A stretch of DNA of 64,000 nt from Bdellovibrionales bacterium (GTDB lineage Bacteria > Myxococcota > XYA12-FULL-58-9 > SYDY01): positions 7,019 to 71,018 of the forward strand of contig SYDY01000115.1 in NCBI GenBank assembly GCA_005801425.1, written 5' to 3'. Below are positions 33,554 to 44,280 of the stretch, piece after piece (positions within the stretch are counted from its first letter, which is position 1; each line of letters starts with the position of its first letter). The translations under genes were made by a program, and so were the position numbers. The notes under the pieces were generated by a model. It saw nothing but the letters and a program-made list of their open reading frames with translations, had not been told where the DNA came from and did no database searches.

Positions 33554-33715
33554 GCGATGAACCTCATGTTATCAGTCTACCATGCCGACTTATGAGCAAG
33601 ACGTATAAATACGAAAAACAAGAATAATTTCGGACACTTAGACGCACATTTGCGCAGAACGTAGGCAAGGTATTTTATGCGATTTCAATGAGTTATCGGT
33701 GGGTATTCCAAGACA

Positions 33716-35395
33716 TTACAGAAGAATACCAGCAACACATGCGGTCAACCACGACGCCATGGCACCGGCAAACATGGCGCGCATGCCAAGCTTTGCGAGA
33801 TCACCACGACGCTCGGGAGCAACAGCACCAATGCCACCGATTTGAACGCCAATAGATGCAAAATTGGCAAACCCGCACAATGCATAGGTACCAATAAGGA
33901 TTGTTCGTGGCGATGCGGTTGCTTGCATCTGACCCAGCTCAACATACGCAACAAATTCGTTGATAGAGATCTTGGTACCAAGCACATTGCCAAACGCCAT
34001 GACGTCGGCGGGATCCACACCCATGATATAGGACAACGGCGCAAAGAGGATCCCAAACACTTTGGCCAATGACAATCCGACAAATCCCAAGCCTGCATTT
34101 AACATCGCAATCAACGCAATAAAGGCCAAAAGCATCGCACCAACATTCAAGGCCAAATGCAGCCCATCGCTTGCACCTCGGGCTGCCGCATCAACCGCAT
34201 TCACGGACAATGGTGCATCTTCCTTGACATCGCCATTCATGGTTTTGGGTGTCTCTGTTTCGGGAACCATCAGCTTTGCCATCACAAGCGCAGCCGGTGC
34301 ACTCATCACACTTGCCGCAAGCAAGTGACCTGCATCCAAGCCAAAACGCACATACGCGGCGAGAACCCCACCCGCAACTGTTGCAAAACCGCCGGTCATC
34401 ACGGCCATCAATTCTGATCGCGTCATGTCTTTGACATAAGGCCTGATCAAAAGAGGTGCTTCGGTTTGGCCCACAAAAATATTCCCTGCGGCTGATAACG
34501 ACTCTGCACCACTTGTACCCATGGTTCGGCGCATCACCCAAGCGATTGCACCCACCACACGCTGCAAAATCCCAAAATGGTACAAAAGACTCATCAGAGC
34601 TCCGAAAAAAACAATCGTCGGTAAAATATGGAAGGCAAAAATCAAACCGAGATCCACAAAACCTTCGGTGTTTCCATCAAGCACTTGGATGGGCTTCCCA
34701 TGGGCACCTGGGACACCATCGTAGAGTTTACCGAACAAAAACGATGCGCCATCGTTGGTAAACGAAAGGGTTTTTTCGATAGCAATCCGTGCTGCATCAA
34801 AGATAAAGCGGCCTGGTGCTGTCCATAAAATCAACACCGCAAAAACAATTTGCAGGGCCATTCCCCACACCACAACACGCCATTGAATGCGTTTTCGATC
34901 GGTCGAGACCAAATAGCCGATGGCAATAAATACTAAAATTCCGAAAGCACTGCGCATGCGTGATGTCCACGGTGTTTCGTGGGCTTTCGTTCGCCGAGCC
35001 ACTTCAGCCTCGATGCCCTGACGTAACAACGGAAGATCGGGGTGATCCGGAACAAGCGTTTCCAAGTCAGCCAGAGCCCCACGCGCTGACTCAAGATCAC
35101 CTGCCGCAGTGCGAAGCGAGACAAGACGGCCCAACACACGAGGCAATTCATCCGTACCATGCGATCCCACCAATGCAGCCCGTAATCGTTCCCACACCTC
35201 TGGGTTTTCAGGATTTTCGGCAGCCAATTGCCACAAGAGTTTCTCTGCTTGGTCGCCAGCACCTATTCGGCTCAACGCACGACTGCGGTCAAAACCTGTT
35301 TGGAGATCAAGTGTCGGCGCAACCTCTTCGGCTGATAGTCGAAAAGGACAAAGCAACACCAACAGCAGGGCCCAACATTTTGCATAGCGCACCAT
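33716..35395 (-). CDS. nupC: Concentrative nucleoside transporter (NupC/CNT family) with about 140-aa N-terminal signal peptide plus helical (TPR-like) extension
   Basis: The C-terminal 400 aa match the CNT core ('GTKISINEFVAY...ALCGFANFASIGVQIGG'). The first 140 aa form a cleavable-signal-like segment plus an Ala/Leu-rich helical domain absent from canonical NupC. Confidence 0.8.
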   Translation of the reverse strand: MVRYAKCWALLLVLLCPFRLSAEEVAPTLDLQTGFDRSRALSRIGAGDQAEKLLWQLAAENPENPEVWERLRAALVGSHGTDELPRVLGRLVSLRTAAGDLESARGALADLETLVPDHPDLPLLRQGIEAEVARRTKAHETPWTSRMRSAFGILVFIAIGYLVSTDRKRIQWRVVVWGMALQIVFAVLILWTAPGRFIFDAARIAIEKTLSFTNDGASFLFGKLYDGVPGAHGKPIQVLDGNTEGFVDLGLIFAFHILPTIVFFGALMSLLYHFGILQRVVGAIAWVMRRTMGTSGAESLSAAGNIFVGQTEAPLLIRPYVKDMTRSELMAVMTGGFATVAGGVLAAYVRFGLDAGHLLAASVMSAPAALVMAKLMVPETETPKTMNGDVKEDAPLSVNAVDAAARGASDGLHLALNVGAMLLAFIALIAMLNAGLGFVGLSLAKVFGILFAPLSYIMGVDPADVMAFGNVLGTKISINEFVAYVELGQMQATASPRTILIGTYALCGFANFASIGVQIGGIGAVAPERRGDLAKLGMRAMFAGAMASWLTACVAGILL

Positions 35396-35408
35396 AGGTG
35401 TATTCTCC

Positions 35409-36272
35409 TTGCCAGCAGAGCGGCCTGCGATACATAGTCAGAATATCGTGGATATAAAAGAGATTGACGCCGCCGCCCTATTGATTCGTTCCCAAACCAC
35501 CCTCGTGCCTCAGATTGGCATTGTATTGGGTTCGGGCCTCTCTGCTTTAACCGATCACATGACGGATTCGGTCTGTATTAAATATGCAGATATCCCATCA
35601 TTTCCCTTAAGCAGTATCGCCGGCCATGCGGGAAGTCTCCACATTGGATTATTGCAGGGCGTGCCGTGCGCAGTCATGTCCGGCCGCGTGCACGGATATG
35701 AAGGCTACAGCGCCGATCAAGTGGCCTTTCCAGTCCGCGTATTGGGGCGTTTGGGTGTCAAAAAACTCATTCTCACCAATGCAAGCGGCGCGATAAATCC
35801 GACATTTTCTCCCGGCGACATCATGCTGATCCGAGACCAGATCAACCTCACGGGACAAAATCCTTTGCGTGGTCCGAATATCCCCGAACTAGGGCCACGA
35901 TTTCCCGATATGTCCCATACATTCTGTGTACAAGCCGCAAACATTGTGCATCGCCACGCCGCAATCTTAGGCATTTCACTTAAAAACGGTATTTACACAG
36001 GCGTTTGTGGCCCTTCTTACGAAACTCCCGCAGAAATCCGCATGCTACGTTTGCTTGGCGGTGATGCAGTCGGCATGTCGACGATCTATGAAGTCATCGC
36101 GGGAGCACATATGGGCCTGCCCATCATCGGCCTCGCCGTGCTCACCAATCACGCAGCAGGCATGCAAGCCACGCCTTTGTCCCATGAAGAAGTCACCCAT
36201 GCTGCGCGCAATGCGGCCAATAAGCTGATATCATTGATAGAAAACAGCCTGGGGGATTTGATTGAGCCTTAA
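35409..36272 (+). CDS. punA: Purine nucleoside phosphorylase (PNP/MTAP family I, PunA-like)
   Basis: 287 aa with 'GIVLGSGLS...', 'ILTNASGAINP' and 'TGVCGPSYETPAEIRMLRLLGGDAVGMS', typical of trimeric PNP/MTAP. Confidence 0.8.
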   Translation: MPAERPAIHSQNIVDIKEIDAAALLIRSQTTLVPQIGIVLGSGLSALTDHMTDSVCIKYADIPSFPLSSIAGHAGSLHIGLLQGVPCAVMSGRVHGYEGYSADQVAFPVRVLGRLGVKKLILTNASGAINPTFSPGDIMLIRDQINLTGQNPLRGPNIPELGPRFPDMSHTFCVQAANIVHRHAAILGISLKNGIYTGVCGPSYETPAEIRMLRLLGGDAVGMSTIYEVIAGAHMGLPIIGLAVLTNHAAGMQATPLSHEEVTHAARNAANKLISLIENSLGDLIEP

Positions 36273-36678
36273 AGCCACGTTGATTGAAGCCGCAGTTCAA
36301 GTTCGTGACCACGCCTACGCGCCCTACTCACGGTTTTACGTTGGTGCAGCCGTCCAGACACGCAGCGGCGAAATACATACCGGCACCAACGTAGAAAATG
36401 CTTCGTATGGGCTCACGATATGCGCGGAACGATCTGCCATTTCAGCAGCAATCGCCCATGGCGCGCAATCTGGTGACATCACCCAAGTCGCCATCGCCAT
36501 TGCGGCCAAGCACAACGGCACGCCATGTGGTGCATGCAGACAGGTCATTTCCGAATTTGCATCGCCCGATTGTCAAATTGTGATCATGAATCTCACGAGC
36601 AATACCGTGACAGAATATTCCCTACGTACGCTGCTTCCAGATGCCTTTTCGGGGCATAGTCTGAGCAATCAGGGCTAG
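36262..36678 (+). CDS. cdd: Cytidine deaminase
   Basis: 138 aa with zinc ligands 'CAERSAI' and 'PCGACRQV'. Confidence 0.9.
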   Translation: MSLKATLIEAAVQVRDHAYAPYSRFYVGAAVQTRSGEIHTGTNVENASYGLTICAERSAISAAIAHGAQSGDITQVAIAIAAKHNGTPCGACRQVISEFASPDCQIVIMNLTSNTVTEYSLRTLLPDAFSGHSLSNQG

Positions 36679-36849
36679 ACCTCTTTAAACATTCATTGAT
36701 TGCTTTTGGCTGGGTCATTGCGCGCTTATCTTTGTCGCTCAAGCTCGGCATATATCACATATTACCTCGCTTTCGCTCCTCGATAAGCACGCAAGCACCT
36801 GCGCCAAAACTCAATCAACGAAAATTTAAAAAGGTCTAAGAAAAATTGG

Positions 36850-37911
36850 TCACAGATCCCCAGCTCTCATCTTCACTTCAACTTTTTTGCCCGCCACATG
36901 CACGATGGCCGCATGCTGAAAGGCATCGCCTTCCATGAACATTTCTTCGATATTGGAAACGTTCTTAACCAAATCAGCGATGGCCAAACACAAACACTCT
37001 GCGAACGCAAAGTCCTGCGGTGTTCTCTCGCGTAAGCTTAAATTTTCATCCACGCACAACACATTAGGATAGGCTGCTTCATTGGCAACAACCCATTTGT
37101 GATCTGCAATTTCTTGACGCACATCGGCACCGAAATTTTCGCTTTTGTCAAAATCAACGGCCATGTGCGGGGGAAGCTGAGGCTCCTCTCCTTCGCCCAT
37201 ATATGATGCCGCCTCTTGAAACATTTCAAAAGCATCCACATCAGGAAATACGATAAAGCCCAAGCTTTCATCCAATTGACCAATGACCGAAACAACCGCA
37301 TCACTAACATTGTACGCGGGAATATCAATCATCAAGACATCTTCGTCATCGGGGAAATGCTTCCACGGCGCTGCCTTGTATAATTTGGCTGCTGCTTCAA
37401 AAAATGACCCCACAACGGCAGGCGTTACATCACCATCCAGATACGACATATCTGAAGGACCCATGCTCATTTCGTTCAAGTGTCCTGCCATGCCTTCGAT
37501 AAAAGCATCCAATTCAGGCGTAGGACCACACACGACTTCAATACTTTCATCCAAAGCATCGCTGAGTGTCTTCACGAGATCTTGTGAATTCACACGGATC
37601 CGAGAAGGAATGTGGGGCTGGCCAATCTCAGGATTTTCGGTGACATCATAAAAATGATCTACGATTTGTTCTGACGATGACACGGCGGGATCCAAAAGTG
37701 TCGCGCCCAGCATCCTTCCATCTGACATCGCCCACATCAAAACATGTGGACGAAACAGTATGCCATCGTGCCCAGGGACTTCCGTTGGCGAAAGCATACA
37801 ACCCGCGATCCACTCGACACCTTTTTTTGATTCTTTGCGTGTTTTCATCATGCGCGGACTTATACGCCGTTCAGAAGCCGGCGCAAAGCCATACACAGCA
37901 CAAAACATCAC
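36850..37911 (-). CDS. Hypothetical acidic cytoplasmic protein
   Basis: 353 aa, Asp/Glu-rich, no TM. Its start overlaps the upstream gene's stop (ATGA), suggesting translational coupling. Confidence 0.45.
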   Translation of the reverse strand: MMFCAVYGFAPASERRISPRMMKTRKESKKGVEWIAGCMLSPTEVPGHDGILFRPHVLMWAMSDGRMLGATLLDPAVSSSEQIVDHFYDVTENPEIGQPHIPSRIRVNSQDLVKTLSDALDESIEVVCGPTPELDAFIEGMAGHLNEMSMGPSDMSYLDGDVTPAVVGSFFEAAAKLYKAAPWKHFPDDEDVLMIDIPAYNVSDAVVSVIGQLDESLGFIVFPDVDAFEMFQEAASYMGEGEEPQLPPHMAVDFDKSENFGADVRQEIADHKWVVANEAAYPNVLCVDENLSLRERTPQDFAFAECLCLAIADLVKNVSNIEEMFMEGDAFQHAAIVHVAGKKVEVKMRAGDL

Positions 37912-39284
37912 ATTCCCGCCGACAATACATACGGGAACACCACGGTCACCGGATCGCCATCAAAGCGCGGGAAACGCCAATTCAAGACACGGCGGACAGT
38001 GCATGAACCAAATGACGAGCGTGCATAATCGGGATCTTTGATAGTAGCTTCGGTGACACGACCTTTGGCATCAATGGTCAATTCAACGTCCATACGACCT
38101 TTGAGCGATTCGCCTTTGCGCATCGCTTCGGCCAAGCACAAGCTCATGGACCGATTATTATCCGAGATCACTTTATAAATTGCCTCCGCTGTAAGACCTT
38201 CGGGCAAATTGGGAACTTCAAGCTCTTCTGGACTTGGAAGTGCAAGTGCTGCAGGTTGCTTGTCTTGATCACTGTAAACACTCACCGCCAATTTTCGCGC
38301 ATCGTTTTCAATGATTTTTTCTTTTTCAATACCTGATGTTACCGCTGCAACAGGCGTAGCGCCAGGCACACGTTTTTTGATACCCAAAAGTTGAGCTTGC
38401 AATTGCTTGCGCTTTTCAGGGTCAAGATCTGGACGACTCAATTTTTCTTGCACACGCTCCACAGCACGTTCCACGTTAGGATCTTCACGACCTGCAATCT
38501 CGTAGACGTAACCAAAACCTGGAATGGCGATAACACCTGTCACATCAGCAACAATGAGCAACGTCAACAATACCGACACACAAATACCAACAATGGCCGC
38601 AACCCTGTGCATCCTACGCCTTTTGTACAAACCCGCCGTCTGAAAAAACTGACGCGTCTGCTCACCTGCGCCCGTTCCGAAATCATCTTCATGGGGTGTA
38701 TTTCCCGATTTTTCCCACGCCGCAGAGTCTGCGTTTGCCTCACCGTCGCGTTTTGATTGTTTTGAAAATGCCGACGCAAGAAACGATGCTGTCGACTCCG
38801 CACGTTCGGCGTGTTCACCGTCTTCCTCATTTTGCATATCATATGCATCACTAAATTCTGATGATGGCATTTCCAATTCAGGCTCGTTCCTGCTGCTTGC
38901 CACCACAGCGCCTGTACCGGACGTCCACGGCCCAAATTCTTCCAATTCATTGGCACGTTGCCATTCAGGCATCGGAGCCGCCCACACAAAAACATCCGCA
39001 CGCGTTTCACCACGCGTGATGAGATCACCGATATGCTCGCGGGTAAACGGCCCCTGTTGGGTTCCACCGATCATCGCGTACCACACTTCATCATCCGAAA
39101 AATCCGGAGACAAAGATTCTGTACCTTGCACATCGCCCAGAAGCTCTACAGCATCTGCATCGACCCGGCGCAAGCGCATACGGTGCGAACATTTTTTACA
39201 CGTAAAGCGAAAAACATTGGCCGACGGTAACTTCACATCGGCTACCACAAAATTTGTAGAACATTTAGGACATTGGAATTTCAC
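37908..39284 (-). CDS. Zn-ribbon plus GYF-like (DUF4339) plus TM plus TonB-C-like protein; architecture resembles the gliding-motility protein AgmX/GltJ
   Basis: N-terminal 'CPKCSTNF...CKKCSHRM' zinc ribbon. 'VWYAMIGGTQQGPFTREHIGDLITRGETRADVFVWAAPMPEWQRANEL' is a GYF/DUF4339 motif. It also has an acidic linker, one TM and a C-terminal periplasmic TonB_C/AgmX-PglI-like domain. Confidence 0.55.
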   Translation of the reverse strand: MKFQCPKCSTNFVVADVKLPSANVFRFTCKKCSHRMRLRRVDADAVELLGDVQGTESLSPDFSDDEVWYAMIGGTQQGPFTREHIGDLITRGETRADVFVWAAPMPEWQRANELEEFGPWTSGTGAVVASSRNEPELEMPSSEFSDAYDMQNEEDGEHAERAESTASFLASAFSKQSKRDGEANADSAAWEKSGNTPHEDDFGTGAGEQTRQFFQTAGLYKRRRMHRVAAIVGICVSVLLTLLIVADVTGVIAIPGFGYVYEIAGREDPNVERAVERVQEKLSRPDLDPEKRKQLQAQLLGIKKRVPGATPVAAVTSGIEKEKIIENDARKLAVSVYSDQDKQPAALALPSPEELEVPNLPEGLTAEAIYKVISDNNRSMSLCLAEAMRKGESLKGRMDVELTIDAKGRVTEATIKDPDYARSSFGSCTVRRVLNWRFPRFDGDPVTVVFPYVLSAGM

Positions 39285-39367
39285 CCCTGCCTCCTCAAGG
39301 CACGCAAGAGCGGCAGCGAGCCTGGATATGAACTTATCACAACATCACCCACATAAGCTAAAAGACG

Positions 39368-40024
39368 TTACTCAAAAACAAACGGATCAGGACGGCCTTT
39401 GGTTGAAAATCGTTTATCCTCACCGCCCTCATCCGAAGCGCCTGGAACTGCGATTGTCTTCGGCGTTAAAGCACCCACTGGTTTAAATGTTGTATAAAAC
39501 AACTCCATGTCTTTGCTCACATGGGCTGCTATTTCCGCGGGACACTCCACATGCAATAAAAAAGCCTTCCCACCACCCACCATCACCACAGCTTCTTCGA
39601 TCGAGATCAGGTACTGCAAATTACCTTGAAATGCGTAAGACCCAGAAATAATGGCCGCAGGATATCCCGCTATCATGACATCTCGGCGATCAATCACCTT
39701 AAACAAGGGCTTTTTCCCAATGCGTTGATCCAAGCTCACCGATAAAAAGTGCCGAGGTATGGCTGCTGGATTGACATCAAGTCTCTGGATCCAGAACACC
39801 GTGTTCCCGCCATATTTTGCCCCACGAAACTCATACAAATCTGGGATCTTGGGGTTAAAATAAGGCAACCAACCCTGCGCAATTTGAATCGTGAAAATAC
39901 CATTAAGGGCCGTAAAAACATCCCCCTGAGCTTTATCGGACCCGTCCATAAGGCTATCGCCAAAGCCAGCATCCCCGAGAAGTACGCCAGCCCAAAGAAC
40001 AATCGAAAATAATCCCGCCATCAA
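39368..40024 (-). CDS. Hypothetical secreted protein
   Basis: 218 aa with an N-terminal signal peptide. It overlaps birA by 4 nt. Confidence 0.5.
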   Translation of the reverse strand: MMAGLFSIVLWAGVLLGDAGFGDSLMDGSDKAQGDVFTALNGIFTIQIAQGWLPYFNPKIPDLYEFRGAKYGGNTVFWIQRLDVNPAAIPRHFLSVSLDQRIGKKPLFKVIDRRDVMIAGYPAAIISGSYAFQGNLQYLISIEEAVVMVGGGKAFLLHVECPAEIAAHVSKDMELFYTTFKPVGALTPKTIAVPGASDEGGEDKRFSTKGRPDPFVFE

Positions 40025-40758
40025 TATCTCACTTTGTTGACTTCACCGGCCATCACTACCATTTCAACTCCAGCGGTGTTCACCCGAAGTGCGCCCGACG
40101 GCTCCACCCCCATCGCCACTCCCTCGATGCAACGTTCCCCCACGTCCAGATTAACACGATGCCCAAGCAATGCATCACGCGCAGTATAAGCAACCAAGAT
40201 TTTTTCTGGGCCTTTATTCTGATAATCATTGTATGTGGATTGCAAAGCATCCAAAATTGAAAAGGCGACATCGCTAACCGAGATAGGCGCAGTAAGAAGA
40301 TCATTCACGCCAATATACGCTGCAGCAATCTCCGTGGGAACGCATGCCTCTTTTGCAGACATCACATTCACACCAAACCCAGCAAGCACCACACCCTGTG
40401 GATCGCCGCCATAGAGTAGAATGCCCGCAAGTTTTCGATCGCGCCATAGAATATCGTTGGGCCATTTGTAGACAAAATCCACCACCCCACACGCTTGGAG
40501 ACCAGCTCCAATCCCAACAGCCACCACCAGACTAAGCAATGGATCGTTCGCTCCATCTTTCGGACGTAAAATAGTGGTTGCCAGAACACTTCCGCCTGGC
40601 TGTGCAAACCAATACCGACCGCGCCGACCATGGCCATCGGTTTGTGCGTGTGCAATCACAGTGGTTCCCTCAGGTGCATTGGCACGTGCCAAAATCTTTG
40701 CACTGTCCATGGTGCTTGTCACTACATCCAGGTGCACCTCATGATCGCGCCAATTCAC
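40021..40758 (-). CDS. birA: Biotin-[acetyl-CoA-carboxylase] ligase
   Basis: 245 aa of the BirA catalytic domain family ('GRRGRYWFAQPGGSV'). It lacks the N-terminal HTH, so this is a group I BirA. Confidence 0.8.
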   Translation of the reverse strand: MNWRDHEVHLDVVTSTMDSAKILARANAPEGTTVIAHAQTDGHGRRGRYWFAQPGGSVLATTILRPKDGANDPLLSLVVAVGIGAGLQACGVVDFVYKWPNDILWRDRKLAGILLYGGDPQGVVLAGFGVNVMSAKEACVPTEIAAAYIGVNDLLTAPISVSDVAFSILDALQSTYNDYQNKGPEKILVAYTARDALLGHRVNLDVGERCIEGVAMGVEPSGALRVNTAGVEMVVMAGEVNKVRY

Positions 40759-41648
40759 GATAAAAATTCCATTGAAAGATCCAAGGGCTTCGCCGAATGC
40801 GTGATGGCCCCCACCGAAATGCGGTCAACCCCCGTACGTGCCACATCCGCAATACGAGATGCCTGCAAACCACCCGACGCTTCAAGCACCGCACGACCTG
40901 CAGTCATGCTAACAGCTTCCCGCAATTGTTCATCGGTAAAATTGTCGAGAAGAATTAAGGTTGCGCCTGCATCAAGGGCCTCACGAAGTTGGGCACACGT
41001 ATCCACTTCCACCTGGACCACAATCCCTGGGCGTGCATGAAGCGCTACCCGATGTAGGGCCTCACACACAGAACCTGCCGCGGCGATATGATTGTCTTTG
41101 ATAAGCACTGCATCAAATAAACCCATGCGATGATTTTCACCGCCGCCCGCGCGCACTGCCGCTTTTTCAAGCAATCGCCACCAAGGTGTTGTTTTCCGTG
41201 TATCGTAGATCTTAGCAGCACATTCCTTTGGGATCATATCCACAAGGATCCGTGTTGCACTCGCCACACCCGATAAGTGCATTAAAAAATTAAGCATACA
41301 GCGTTCAGCGGTCAACAACGCGCGAACATCTGCCCGCATCTGCATCACAACATCCCCTGCACAAAGCCGCGTTCCACATGGGCTGCCATTAATTTCTGCA
41401 GTGGGGTCAAAGCGTCGTAACAACTTCGTCGCAAGTGGCACACCGCACACCACGCCTTCCACCCGCGAAATCACATGCGCCGTAGCAGATCGCGCCTCTG
41501 GAAAAATTGCAGCGGTCGTCACATCGCCGTTTCCAATATCTTCATCCACAGCAAGATCGAGCAAACTCTGCACATGGGGCTTACTTAAGAGATCTTCCCA
41601 CTCAATGTAGGCAAAACACCCACTATGTACGCTGTTTATAATCGACAT
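40755..41648 (-). CDS. nadC: Nicotinate-nucleotide pyrophosphorylase (quinolinate phosphoribosyltransferase)
   Basis: 297 aa with conserved QPRTase blocks ('LLDNFTDEQLREAV', 'LEASGG'). Confidence 0.9.
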   Translation of the reverse strand: MSIINSVHSGCFAYIEWEDLLSKPHVQSLLDLAVDEDIGNGDVTTAAIFPEARSATAHVISRVEGVVCGVPLATKLLRRFDPTAEINGSPCGTRLCAGDVVMQMRADVRALLTAERCMLNFLMHLSGVASATRILVDMIPKECAAKIYDTRKTTPWWRLLEKAAVRAGGGENHRMGLFDAVLIKDNHIAAAGSVCEALHRVALHARPGIVVQVEVDTCAQLREALDAGATLILLDNFTDEQLREAVSMTAGRAVLEASGGLQASRIADVARTGVDRISVGAITHSAKPLDLSMEFLS

Positions 41649-41790
41649 AGATATGATTTAGCACCTTGCACACACGAGCGTCGATGCTTGCGCCTTGACG
41701 GCACCTCCTCGTACCGCTACCCTCCGGCTCCGAAACGCTCGCTCCACCACGCCGGGGCAGTGAGTATGTTGTAACGAATTGAGGTTTATC

Positions 41791-42060
41791 ATGGCGCTGG
41801 CTCAAGAAAAGAAGAATGAAATTGTTGAACGTTTTCGTACGCACGCAAGTGACACGGGTTCACCCGAAGTCCAAGTGGCGTTGCTTACTGAAAGAATCAA
41901 CTCACTCACTGAGCACTTTCAAGCACACAAAAAAGATCATCACGGCCGACGTGGCTTGTTGATGTTGGTGAGTCAGCGCAAAGGCTTGCTCCAATACGTA
42001 AAAAACCAAGATCAAGAACGTTATCGGTCATTGATCCAAGCCTTGGGATTGCGCAAGTAA
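41791..42060 (+). CDS. rpsO: 30S ribosomal protein S15
   Basis: 89 aa, '[43 protein letters not shown]'. It sits upstream of pnp as in most bacteria. Confidence 0.95.
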   Translation: MALAQEKKNEIVERFRTHASDTGSPEVQVALLTERINSLTEHFQAHKKDHHGRRGLLMLVSQRKGLLQYVKNQDQERYRSLIQALGLRK

Positions 42061-42159
42061 TTTCCGCGCTCCCCAAGCTATTCGGTAGGCTTTGCCCAAA
42101 GGCAGCTCACCGATTGCTCCCCACCAGGTGGCGGTCTGTCGCCAAAGGAAACCTAAATC

Positions 42160-44277
42160 ATGCAACAACCGTATGAGAAGTCCATCACCGTAGGCGAGAC
42201 TTCCATCACTTTTCAAACCGGAAAAATCGCGAAACAAGCGTCAGGTTCGGTTTGGATTCAAGCAGGTGGAACTGTCGTTCTCGTTACCGCACAGGGCGCC
42301 AAAGAAGCCCGTGCTGGGATTGATTTTTTGCCACTCACCGTAGACTACCAAGAAAAGATGTCGGCTGCCGGCCGCATTCCAGGTGGTTTTTTCAAGCGTG
42401 AAGGCAAGCCGCGTGACGAGGAAACACTCACCTCACGCATTATCGATCGCTCGATCCGGCCTTTGTTCAAAGAAGGCTGGGCCTGTGAAACCCAAGTGAT
42501 TGCCACTGTATTGTCCGCAGATCCCAAATATCCTGCAGACACTCTGGCACTCACCGGCGCATCGTTGGCGCTTGCATTGTCCGATATGCCATTTATGGGC
42601 CCTATTGCGGGTCTTCGTGTTTGCCGCCACCAGGGCAAACTCCTGGTGGATCCAAGTTATGAGATCCGCGAAGCCTCCGATCTCAATATCTTTGTTTCAT
42701 GCAGCCGTGATGCCATCGTGATGGTTGAAGGCGGTGGCAAAGAAATCAGCGAAGCAGATGCCATTGACGCTTTGCTGTTTGCCCATACGCAAGCACAGCC
42801 GCTTTTGGATCTCCAAGAAGAGATGCAAAAAGCTGTCGGTAAAGCCAAGCGAGAGGTCACGCCTCCCTCCCACGACACTGCCCTTGAAACATTGGTGCGT
42901 GAAATCGCACTCCCCAAACTGCGCAGTGCCTATCAAATCCGCGAGAAGCTTCCCCGCTATATCGCGCTTGATGAAGCCAAAGCTTCGACCATGGCTACAC
43001 TTATTGCACGCGATGCGACCCTCGCATCACGTTCAGGTGAAGTCGGCGCCATCATGTCGGATCTCAAATACAACTTGGTCCGTCAAACCATCATCAACGA
43101 CAAGCGTCGTATCGATGGTCGTGGCCTTGCCGATATTCGCGATATCACATCCGAAGTGGGCATTTTGCCACGCACCCACGGATCGTCGCTGTTTACACGC
43201 GGTGAAACCCAAGGTCTCGTCAGCATCACACTTGGCACACGCCAAGATGAGCAACGCATTGACGACCTCATGGGCGATCGTTTTCGTCGCTTTATGCTGC
43301 ATTACAACTTTCCTCCCTACAGCGTAGGCGAGGTCAAATTCTTGCGCGGTCCAGGTCGACGCGAAATCGGTCACGGTGCATTGGCAGAACGCGCACTGAT
43401 CAACCTGATCCCTGCATCGGAAAATTTCCCGTACACCATTCGTGTGGTCAGCGATATCACCGAATCCAACGGCTCATCATCGATGGCAACCGTATGCGGT
43501 GGCTCGCTTGCACTTATGGATGCGGGTGTTCCTGTCAAAGCCGCTTGTGCTGGTATCGCCATGGGGCTCATCAAAGAGGGCGACGATATTGCCATCCTCT
43601 CTGATATCCTTGGCGACGAAGATCATCTCGGCGACATGGACTTTAAAGTCGCGGGGACTGTCAATGGCATCACCGCCATTCAAATGGACATCAAAATTGG
43701 CGGTGTCAGCCGTGAAATTTTGACCAGCGCCCTTGAGCAAGCACGCCAAGGTCGGTTGCACATTCTGTCAAAAATGGCAGAAACCATGACCCAGCATCGT
43801 GGCGATCTTTCTGCATTCGCACCACGGATCACCACGGTTCAGATCAGTATCGACAGAATCCGTGACATCATTGGACCCGGCGGCAAAGTCATCAAAGACA
43901 TCATTGCACGCACCGGTTGCCAAATTAACGTGGAAGATGACGGCAAGATCCAAATTGCGAGCACCGATGGTGAAAGCACCAAGCGCGCATTGAAAATGAT
44001 CGCCGACCTCACACAAGAAGCTGAGATCGGGAAAATTTACATCGGCAATGTTCGCAAAGTAACCGACTTTGGTGCCTTTGTTGAAATATTCCCAGGCGTT
44101 GAAGGATTGTGTCACATATCAGAGCTTGCTGATCGTCGTGTGAACAAAGTGGAAGATGTCGTCCAAGAAGGCGACGAAGTGGTTGTCAAAGTCATCGGTG
44201 TCGAGCGTGGAAAGATCAGACTTTCACGCAAAGAAGCCGTGGCCGATGAAGCCAAAAAAGAACAAGAAAACGGATAA
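42160..44277 (+). CDS. pnp: Polynucleotide phosphorylase
   Basis: 705 aa with two RNase PH domains plus KH plus S1. Confidence 0.95.
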   Translation: MQQPYEKSITVGETSITFQTGKIAKQASGSVWIQAGGTVVLVTAQGAKEARAGIDFLPLTVDYQEKMSAAGRIPGGFFKREGKPRDEETLTSRIIDRSIRPLFKEGWACETQVIATVLSADPKYPADTLALTGASLALALSDMPFMGPIAGLRVCRHQGKLLVDPSYEIREASDLNIFVSCSRDAIVMVEGGGKEISEADAIDALLFAHTQAQPLLDLQEEMQKAVGKAKREVTPPSHDTALETLVREIALPKLRSAYQIREKLPRYIALDEAKASTMATLIARDATLASRSGEVGAIMSDLKYNLVRQTIINDKRRIDGRGLADIRDITSEVGILPRTHGSSLFTRGETQGLVSITLGTRQDEQRIDDLMGDRFRRFMLHYNFPPYSVGEVKFLRGPGRREIGHGALAERALINLIPASENFPYTIRVVSDITESNGSSSMATVCGGSLALMDAGVPVKAACAGIAMGLIKEGDDIAILSDILGDEDHLGDMDFKVAGTVNGITAIQMDIKIGGVSREILTSALEQARQGRLHILSKMAETMTQHRGDLSAFAPRITTVQISIDRIRDIIGPGGKVIKDIIARTGCQINVEDDGKIQIASTDGESTKRALKMIADLTQEAEIGKIYIGNVRKVTDFGAFVEIFPGVEGLCHISELADRRVNKVEDVVQEGDEVVVKVIGVERGKIRLSRKEAVADEAKKEQENG

Positions 44278-44280
44278 ATA

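Noticed and set aside
42061-42159. rpsO-pnp intergenic region as an RNase III-processed leader hairpin
   Set aside because: Some G/C-rich self-complementarity is visible, but I could not define a convincing long stem by eye, and RNA folding is needed. I do not list it as a feature.
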